DNA of 64,000 bases from Lepidodermella squamata (lineage: Eukaryota > Animalia > Gastrotricha), in contig JBLDXI010000015.1 in assembly GCA_047495785.1 (NCBI GenBank), positions 2,728,001-2,792,000 on the forward strand, written 5' to 3'. The translations under genes and the position numbers were made by a program. This document shows positions 1 to 9,319 of this stretch, in pieces. The notes beneath the pieces are model-generated. The model was not told the DNA's origin. It made no database searches and saw only the letters and a program-made list of their open reading frames with translations. Position 1 is the stretch's first letter. Each line of letters starts with the position of its first letter.

Positions 1-659
1 TAGTACCGTTAAATAGGCGGGAGTTGAATTTACCGAGATGATAACAAGACGGTTATCATCGAGCAACATGCGAGGAAAAAATTATGATAAACGGAAATTT
101 CAAACGGAAAAAGTCGCCAACGACGAGGCGCCAACGAGAGCGGGAGCGAAGTAGAGCGAACGAGAGCGAAACCGCTTGTGTAAACGCGCCTAATATGGGC
201 CCGGAATTGATCTAAAAAATCCTTAGAATGATCAAAACTCAAGCGCTTCTAAAAATGCAGAAAAATTGCGATTTCATAAAAGCGACATAATATCATGATG
301 AACCATGATGGGGCGCGATTTTAGTTTGCTTGGAAATATTTTTGAGCGCCCTGCATTGTAAGGCATCATTATTTCTCGCCAATATCTTTTTGATTTGTAA
401 TTTTTTGAAACTTGGTACTAATTGAAAAATGTACTCTTGATGCGCGCGCTTCACATGATTCACTTGTTCACTTCGGGTTGACTGACTTGTGGTTTTCTTG
501 TGATTTTGCAGCGCGCGCGTAGACAGCTGCAATTATTTGTTGCGCAATAAATGCGCGCAACGTGCGGTTACGCGTGAATTTAACCAACCAATAAGAGCGC
601 GCGCGCGGAGGAATCACCGGCGGATGGGGAAATGTGCCAAATTATCTATATGAATACAG

Positions 660-760
660 AGATAACCAAGCGATAACTCGCCAATTCATATTAACTGTTC
701 CGTTCATCGAGTTCTATGGAAATTAGGCGAATGGAGATAAGGATAATATAGATTCACCTG
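660..760 (+). promoter_or_regulatory. Conserved upstream non-coding block with GATA motifs and a CACCTG E-box
   Basis: AGATAACCA, CGTTCATCG, ATGGAGATAA and ATAGATTCACCTG recur in the same order at 28691-28806, upstream of A2. Confidence 0.45.
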
Positions 761-849
761 CTTGACAGTATCATTTTCGTTTCCTGATTTTCGTTTCACC
801 TAACAGTCTGTTTCCCATTACGCTCTTGGGTCATCGAAAACCATCTCAA

Positions 850-2097
850 ATGATATTAAAATCCCAAATATGTCTAACGGCAGTTTTCAGCATAATAGGT
901 AGATCGGCAGGTATGAACTTTGAACTTAGAATCGTAACACGTCATACTACGATCTGTTCAATTTTAGAAGCTAGCAGCAGTGAATGTTGGTTTATCCCGC
1001 AGCGTAAGGTGAATACAAATGACACGCATCTCGCTCGATTGATCACTTGCCCAAATGGTTGTCAAGTAAGTCTTCGTAAAAGTCATAAATGTACAGTGAT
1101 GTAATATAGCAATTACGCTATAAGCAATTAAGAGAAATGTCCCTCGATGTGTGCTGTGATCCGGTGACGAATTTAACATACCGCCATAGGGATATGGAAT
1201 CTGAAGGCTGCTATGATGGGCCAGATCGTTCATCAATCTCGCAAAAGATATCTGTTCTTAAAAATGGCCTCCGGCAGCCGGTTCGGTATTGCAAAAGCGG
1301 CAAGTGCTTAAATGACGAGGCGTATCCACGCTGGGACAAGTTTCTACATTCTATCGCGAAATTTCATTTCCAGCAGATCCCACAAACCGCTAATAATTCT
1401 TCAAAGTTGCATTGTATGGTTGGCACGGGCCGCAAGAATCATCAGCAGGCGAATTGTCACGCCTGCTCACTAGAATTCCAAATAGACAATGGGAGGTACT
1501 CAAATCGTAGGTAAGTATTAAATTTCAAAGGCGTGTTAAATGTGGTGTCTCATTAAACAAAGTAGATTCAAATGCTTAAGCCCCGGAAATGAAAGCAACA
1601 TCCATTATAAATTCGAAAAGGCTGACAACACTTATCGCGGCGTGTGTTATTATGCTGATTTTTGCTTCAATCTCGAGCTATTCATAGCTTACGCATCGCT
1701 CAGCCACGAGCAGACTTCCACTCTATCGACTGGCTACTACACAGAACCGACTACTACTAAACCGGCAACAATCCCATCAACCAAGTCTGTCGCTACAACT
1801 TCAATTGCTGAAACAACCGAAACAGCCAGTTTAAAGCCGAAGAAAGAAAAGCCTACTTCTGTTCCGCTGAAAACGCCAGACTCGCCTCCTAAGAAATCTT
1901 GGTTCGTAATTATAGCCTGCATTCTTTTCTCAGTGATCGGATTAGCACAGATTGGTTACGCATGTATAAGTTTTTGCGGAGGTGTAACTCGGCCGCATTC
2001 AGACGAAGAATCGGTTGAAACGGCGTTGCTTAAAGACCGCCGAGGTAATCGAATTTTAGTGCAATCCGGCCTAACGGGAATCCATTCAATGCGCTAA
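850..2097 (+). CDS. Type-I membrane protein A1: signal peptide, two Cys-rich Ly6/three-finger-like domains, Ser/Thr stalk, TM helix, short tail. Exons 850-910, 968-1065, 1125-1510, 1566-2097 (~358 aa)
   Basis: ORFs 826, 1137 and 1540 join in frame through GT-AG introns of 57, 59 and 55 nt. Cys pattern EC..CPNGC..EGC..YC..C / HC..CHAC..C..CYYADFC; TM WFVIIACILFSVIGLAQIGYACI; AATAAA at 2129. The paralog at 28859 has the same exon structure. The fold assignment is inference. Confidence 0.8.
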
Positions 2098-2128
2098 AAA
2101 ATGTATGGACTACGAAATATTGTGTCTT

Positions 2129-2169
2129 AATAAATTAAACCAACTTCATAATACCAATTTTTTCTCTAG
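2129..2169 (+). promoter_or_regulatory. Intercistronic junction: poly(A) signal followed by an unpaired splice acceptor (candidate trans-splice site)
   Basis: AATAAA at 2129-2134, TTTTTTCTCTAG ending 2169, ATG at 2225. The same layout occurs at 30902-30944. Confidence 0.55.
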
Positions 2170-2224
2170 GTCGATTAGTTTGATTGAAAGTTTTATACGT
2201 GAATCGATTCAGTGGAATTGAGCA

Positions 2225-3915
2225 ATGGAGAACATATACAAAATTGTATTAAATTTCTTATGGATTGGACACCTGACGGCGAACGTTGGCCATGACAGAA
2301 TCAAATTGACAAAGCAAAAATTAAACGATTACCCGAGCCGTGAGCTGCCCTACCCTGGCCTTATATCTCCTTCTCATTACGTCAATGAGGGGTCGACGGA
2401 AGTTGACTTCAGCTTGAATATCCTACGCTTTTTGAACGTTGATGACCTAAGCGGCGATGTTAGTGTACTAGCTCTATTGGAAGCCAGATGGCACGACATG
2501 TATCTGGCGTGGGACCCTCGAGAGTTGAACGATACCATTTTCATCCCAGCCGATAGAATATGGATGCCAAGGATTATGCAGGTTGGACACACAGAAATCA
2601 GCTTCACAAGGGCCAATGCGAAATACGGCGACTTGGAACCAGTCGAGGTTTCTTACGATGGAACAGTTCACTGGGCATATGAGGGAGCGCTTCACACCAA
2701 GTGTCAATACAATTTCGACTTTTTCCCTAAAGATAACTATGTAGGCAAATTATATTTTTATGATTAATTTTTATCTCAGACCATTTCCAGACTTGTATTT
2801 TTGAGTTCAAGCCATTGTATGAGACTGATAAGATAAGTTTCTGGCCAGATGAAAGCACGGTTAAATTCAAGGGCCTGCCGTCAAATTGGAATGGTTCTAC
2901 TTTCGAAGAGAAAGGCTTGAAAAATGAGGATGAAGCGTTGCATATCGAAGCTACGTTATTTGATGAAGATCGACGAATTCTTTATAATGTAACTATCCAT
3001 CGAGATCAAAGCTGGTACGACGTGCATTTTCGATTTCCGATCGCCCTTATGCTATTGCTACAAGTGCCGATCTCACAGGTGCGGATCGATAAAAATGAAG
3101 CCAATATAGTCAGCGCTCGGCTTTCAATACTAGGCATCTTCGCGTTTGTCTACACATTGTCAGCCGATACGTTGCCTAAATGCGAGACAAGTATCAGCCG
3201 CTTCTTCGACCTCGCCCTGGCCGTTGTTGTTTTGGCCATATTCTTTGACTGTCTCATATGGTGTTTCAACAATGATGAGAAGCGATCGATTCACGTGCGA
3301 ACGGCTGCTAGACGCGCTACTTACAACATCACCATGTGTTTCATCATTCTAACGATCCTTGCAGGGTTTCTTTGGCCGGAGAGATTGAGAATACTGATGC
3401 TGGCGGAATACCTGATATTTTGCCTAACATTCATCGCCGCGTTGGTCTTCATTTTTATAAATGGAGAGAAACACGCGGCTGGTAATGAGTACAGTTATTA
3501 CCTCTCTGGGAAGTATACATGTATAATTGTCGATATTTACTGCCTCGTGGTTACAGTCCTTGTTGTCTTAGTGGCCGCATATATACCCCTCGGGTGGGAA
3601 TCGGGCCCCGTACTTGGAACCGTGATGATTATTTTCGTCTGCGCCGGCTCTTTCGTGGCAATTGTTTTGGGTCAACAAAGACTGCCATTGCTTGGCTTCC
3701 TCGCTTTATTCATCGAGTTTTGCTCGCAGTCAAAACGATCAGAAGATTACCGGGAAATCAGTGATAACTGGATTACAGCTGACGCTATTCGTCGCCAGGG
3801 TCAACATTACACGAGCATAATGCCTCATCCACCTTCCGAGTACATCCGTAAGCAAAATAATACCAAACATTACACAATCAATGAATGGCAGAGTTCAATT
3901 ATTAAAATCGCGTGA
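2225..3915 (+). CDS. Divergent Cys-loop ligand-gated ion channel subunit 1 (non-alpha-like, extra TM helices). Exons 2225-2740, 2791-3915 (~546 aa)
   Basis: Removing the 50-nt intron 2741-2790 restores C-x13-C (CQYNFDFFPKDNYTC). Also ARW-D-YLAWDP, IWMPRI, V-YDG-V-W, pre-M1 R..WY...F.FP and the M2-M3 DTLP motif. Confidence 0.9.
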
Positions 3916-4589
3916 AAATTCTGAATTTAAAATCCATTCCTCAGACTTGTTCGAGATTTCGAAATGCGCGTTTCCAAAAAACTTACAAATGTTGGATTGG
4001 CTTTTCATATCCAAGAATATTCCTTTACCTTATTTTATCTCTGTAAAGTGTATTGGAAATGAGATGCAGCTTCAGCCAACTGCTCTGATAAGTCAAGCAA
4101 TGCCACGTTAATATGTTTTTTTAATAAAATCTGAAAATTTGCGTTCTATTCTTACTATTCTACTCATCACCATCAGTTTCTAATAATCAGGTGCTACAGT
4201 GTGATTCAAAAAGGCCGCCCTACCTTACGGTTATTATTTTTTCCCTCTTGTTTTTTCCCCAAAAAGTCCGACTCGAAAACAATTTTCGCGAAAAAATAAT
4301 AATAGCCAAGGATTAAAAAAATGAATCTAAAACAACAGATAAGACTATGATTCAATGGCGACTGACAAGAATGGATAGGCAGGATGAAGAAGATAGGGAA
4401 CAGTTTAACTTTTGACAGAGAAGCTCCTGCTTAGCATTTTGAAGTTCCGAAAAACTACCATGGGAAATTAATAATTGAATTCGAACTATAACTCTAAATA
4501 GCCAAATCTGCCGTTAAACTACTACTGTATTCAACAAAATAATATAAAAATAATAATGAAAAAGGGCTGGCATTTTTCTAAAAATTTTG

Positions 4590-4814
4590 AAATTATACTA
4601 AATTTGCTGATCAGCAGCTGATCAGGGGCACTAAAGGTGATTATTATCAGCAAATATTGGATGCAAAATGACCCCTCATCAGGCTGAGCTGATTAGGGTT
4701 CATTTCAATATAATCCCTGATCAGGGTGCATATTACCCCCTGATCAGCTATAGTAATGACTAGGAGCTATGACCCCTGATCAGACCCCTTATCAGGGGTT
4801 AATTTTTTCCAGTG
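4590..4814. mobile_element. One end of a CACTG-type (EnSpm-like) element with (CCC)TGATCAG subterminal repeats
   Basis: Several TGATCAG / ATCAGGG motifs ending in TTTTTTCCAGTG. Partner end not found. Confidence 0.4.
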
Positions 4815-5399
4815 CAAGAGAAAAACCGCTGCACCCCCTTGACCGCGCGCGGCGGCTAAGAAAGAGCCAGTCACTGTACGCTAATGAGTTAATTATTATC
4901 TTTCCGGTGCCGCTGATCAATTTCATCACCTCAAGAGTCGTGTTTTCGAGACTGGGAAATTAGGGCGGAACGCGAGCACGCAGGCCGATTTCCAGGAACG
5001 CTAAACGCTACGCATATCACGGACAACTTCAATCTGTTTAAGAGTTGGGCTAAGTTGGGCGTTGTACTACCGCCGCTGCCTTCCGCTCGCTTTCATCAAC
5101 ACCACTAATCTTCTCGAGCGGCTCTTCGACGAAATGAAAAATCGCATCAATAAACTATTACCGCCGGGTTCCCGCCCTTTTCGCTTTATTTTCACCAGGA
5201 GATCAGTGTTTTCCACGTGGCCGGCGGAAGGCACCCAACGTTGTCGAAATAGATGGGGCCTAGTTTCTCGCCCTAACCGAAAAAAACAAAGAAAACGAAA
5301 CCGCCAATTATAAATAACCGCCAAGTCGTCAACTTCAAGGCCGGCTATACCACTTCCGGGCGTCCTACTCGGGCCGATGTTCCCAACTAGGGTGACCTA

Positions 5400-5831
5400 C
5401 CGTCAACTGGGGTGACTGTGGGCAGTGGGGTCACTTCGACATGCCAAAATAAGGTGACTAAGCATGCCGAAAATCGAAGATGGCAAGGTAAATACCCGTG
5501 AATGGGGCGCCGATGCATAGCCTGGAAGAAGGACAAATCGAAAATTTGCGTATGATTTCTATTTTGATGTCAGCTTCTATTGCGCCATCACCGATGTTTC
5601 AATTAATATAGAAATTAACAAAAAATGCCGCAACTTTACCCATTATTTCATGTCCCAGAATGGGTTATGTTGTTGCGCATTGTATACATACAGACTGGCT
5701 TTTCCTTGGGCTATCCAGCGGTACCCCACTCACGGGTATTTACCCTACCATCTTCGGTTTTTGGTATGCCAAATCACCCCATTTTGGCATGTCAAAGTGA
5801 CCCCACTGCCCACCGTCACCCCAGTTGACGG
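5400..5831. mobile_element. MITE with long TIRs (Tc1/pogo-like, TA flank)
   Basis: CCGTCAACTGGGGTGAC...GTCACCCCAGTTGACGG, with inverted homology extending over 100 bp. A related end lies in the gene B intron near 21648. Confidence 0.85.
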
Positions 5832-5890
5832 TGCGTAATCTCGAGAGCTTGCATTTGACCGTGTTTAATTACAGTGCGTTTCACAATTAT

Positions 5891-6045
5891 ATCGTTAGCG
5901 TCGTTGAATAACTTAGATTTATAGGCTTGTTTCAAGGTGATAAGTGACAAGTAAAAAATCATTTGTTTTTGCCTCTCCATTCTCGTATAAAAGCCGCTTT
6001 TTTACTTGTCACCCGTCACCTTGAAACGGATGTAAACAAGCCTTT
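5891..6045. mobile_element. Partial copy of the hairpin MITE at 22971-23163
   Basis: Shares ATCGTTAGCGTCGTTGAATAA, TGACAAGTAAAAA and GGATGTAAACAAGCCT. Confidence 0.75.
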
Positions 6046-6047
6046 AG

Positions 6048-6290
6048 TTACGCGACATGGTAATACAAGACTCGAGTCAGCGAATCTATAGAGCCCGAGC
6101 ATATCAGCTCGTTATTCAGAAGTCTTTTCACGCAAAAACCCGCAATATTGGCGATAATTTCTTCCCCAATCAGGGGCAGTGAAGCTTCATATTGCATGCC
6201 TTTCTGAAGCAATTCATCTTGGGCTTCAAATTCATCCCAGTCCATGAAGTCATGGGGCTTTGCAACCTTAAAATTGAAAATAACAATCAT
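6048..6290 (-). pseudogene. Possible remnant of a P-element/THAP-type transposase C-terminus
   Basis: IIANIAGFCVKRLL...LIC resembles the YIAG..V.K.L...C segment of this family. Short and isolated. Confidence 0.3.
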
Positions 6291-7021
6291 GAAACAAAAT
6301 TCAATGTTAAAATGGCGATTGTTTACAGGGTGTTTACAGGGCCGCCAACTTCCATTTTAACGGGATTTTTGGAAGTTGGCGGCCCACTTGTCAGCGGCCC
6401 ACCCTGCCAATAAGCCACTCGATTGCCCTAGTCGAGTACATCGTGAAAATATATAAAGCAGCCAACTTTGTTGAATATAATAAGAATATAACGGTAATAA
6501 AAAATGACATTTTTCGTTATTTTATGCGCGAACAGTACGCTCAAGTTGCTCTTTATTTACTGCCTCCAAAGGTGAGCAGAAGAAGGATTTCTGAAACCTA
6601 AATTTTTTAAATGGGTATCTGGCGTGTCTAAGTGGCTACTTACGAGTACATCAATAGTCGAGTACATTATCTGAAATTATATGGACATAGGATGTAGACA
6701 CAATGGGGCTTGAGGCCTTTCAACAATTTTTTCTGAAAAATCGAAAATTAGTTCCGTCAAAATGAAAAATGGCCATCTGAGCAAAGAAAGGTGGCAGCAA
6801 TGTGATGGTTTGCGCGCGAATTTAGCATCGCGCGCGCTGCTCACAAGTAAAAAAAGTTGAAACTGAACTGAGTTCATTATCTCGTTTCTAACTCGATAAT
6901 GCGAAAATATGAAATCTGCGGAAGAAATACTTTCTGAACTGAGCAACTGGAAGGAGCTGAATTTATCTTGTAAGTCGCTTAAATAATTCCCCATTCCTTT
7001 GTTTCACTTATTTATTAATTA

Positions 7022-9319
7022 GGGCGAGATAACAACTCAGTGTGGGCTTATGTTTGCACTAAACAGCAAAAGCCGAATGATTGGGATCAAAGGAAGTGCG
7101 CGTATGAAAGATACAGGGATGACGTGCGGAAAAAGGGCTGCGGAGGCTCGCATCTCGAAGTGCTGGAGAAAACAAACCAGGTGGAGTATGAGCATTTCTG
7201 CGTGAATGTGCCTTTCTCAAGCGCATTAAACCCAGTCCAGAAGAGGAGTGGAACTTTGAGAAGTGGCAAGCCTCGACTTAAATGGAAATTTCCGGAAGGC
7301 TGGGCGCAGTTACTACGCGATGCTTCCAAGCCGGCAACAACTGCCCAATCAGTTTCGATGGTCATAGCATCACCGAGGGCACTCGAATGGCGACTGGCAA
7401 GGGGGAATGCCAATACCCCAAGTGTCGAAGTTTCGAATTCAGCTGCGATTTGGACGATACCGGAACTGGTTTCTTCAAATTCGAGCTGAAAGTTGTTTCC
7501 GGTATTGTTATTTCTCTTATTTATTTTCCAACTAAATAATCATTGAACGTATAAGGCGTTTTCAATCATGAAGGAGAGCCACGGGTGGAGAAAATTTCCG
7601 GCAACAAACGCGAGAAATTGTCCGAAGAATTGAAAAAGACTACAGCGAAGAAGCTACATGGCGAGATGCTTGCTCAAATGCCCACGAAAGAGGTATCAGA
7701 CCTGTCCGTACTACAGAAAATTCAGTCGGAAAAGATAAACTTGGGTATGAGAATTAATTTTTTTGAATAAAATGAAACGAATTCATGATCTGTTTTATAG
7801 CTGGTCGAGCCGATGCTGATCCCCGCTTTGATCTCATTAAACTGCGGGATGAACAAAATGCCAAAGGAAGACCTTACATTCGACAGTCAATTGTGAGTAA
7901 CTATTAACTTGTGAATAAGCAGCTTTTAATATTGATTCTATTAGGATTATCCGATGGGTCTAGTTCTTTACTTCGACTTGTCAATTGAATTATTCTGTGA
8001 AGCAGTCAAGCATGGCTACATCATTTGTGTGTTGGATGCGACAGGTGGTATATGGAAACTTGACTATGAAAAGGGCAAGCGCGTTTTTTTATACGCATTT
8101 CTGCCTACAACGGTTGATGGCAAGTCTGTGGGTTACCCGGTGGGTGAGCTGATTTCTGCTGAGCAGACTGGCGACAGAATCGCTTTCTTTTTGAAGGTAA
8201 ACATTAACCCATTAGCTCCTTTTCATATTTGAAAAATTTGAAAGATTTTTCATTGTTGAAATCGAGTGTGGCTCTTGTATTCAAGTTTAAGGCAAAAATT
8301 CAGGCACTCACTCTAAGTTTTTTGTAAAATCAAGCTGAACTCGCAAAATTCGAGGTAAAATAATGGGGCTTCATATTTGTATCCCTGGGTTACCTGTATT
8401 TCTTTTATTAATTTACGAGCTTACCTTGAAAACGAGCTCTGAAAATTCTCCAAAGCAAGCCTAAATTTGACGGATTTTTCCGAGTGATCTTTGGACCCAT
8501 TTTTTAAGCTATGGAATATTTTCGAACTCTCATTGATTTTGAACTGATAGCAAATAAAAAAATTACGTTTCCCTGTTTTTTAAAGACCTGGAAATCGGCG
8601 GTGGAACGAGCTCACAGGACTGCGAAAATGCCGAGAGTGGTGGTAATCGATTGCTGTTTCGCAGAGCTTCATGCCGTGGTGATTACATTTTGCGAGAAAA
8701 ATCTGCGAGGCTACCTGAGCCGCTTGTTTATTGACGCTCACAAAGACGACAAAACCCTGCCAACTTCCGGAACTCTCGTCATCTTTTGCATAAATCACTT
8801 GACGATGAAAATAAATGATGATGAATAAATCACATGATCTTTCAAGGTACCTGAAGGAGAAAGGCGTGAAGAAAGAAGCTCGTAAACTGGCGCTGAAATG
8901 CTTTGGTGTACTTCAAGCGTCTTGCTCGAAACGCGAGATTTTTCGCATTTGGCGTGCGATCGTCGCCATTTTCTGCGCAGAATTCGAGGTTGATGCTTCG
9001 GAGGGCCGAAATTTCATCGAAACCACATGGGTTGGCATGGAAATCGAAAGTTTCGACCATATCGACGACATAGACGAAGTAAACGAAAGGAACGAGGCGA
9101 ACCAGGTTAACGAGGCGAGCGACGAATCTGATCACGAAGTCAAGAATGAGGACGATGTTCCAAGATATCAGCCACTGCCAATGCCTCAAAAATATTCGAA
9201 GATTTCTCCTTTGACTGCTGTTTTCACGGCCGAACAAGCCTCAGTCGAGTCGAAACTATTGAAAACAGGCGACGGCAAGAAAAACGACCTGAAATGCAAG
9301 AAGGTTGTCGAAACCTTAA
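7022..9319 (+). mobile_element. Spliced Mutator/MULE (NOF/Foldback-like) transposase gene, truncated by a piggyBac insertion
   Basis: ICVLDATGG, PVGELISAEQT..I..FL, VVVIDCCFAELHAVV and FCINH (CxxH) across ORFs 7954, 8511 and 8815, separated by short introns. Coding character ends at the TTAA at 9316-9319. Confidence 0.7.

Noticed and set aside
2170-2224. Cis-spliced fusion of the Cys-rich ectodomain onto the channel via the unpaired acceptor
   Set aside because: All three frames after 2169 hit stops (TGA at 2219 is in frame with the ATG), the phase differs in the paralog, and the channels have their own signal-peptide-like N-termini.
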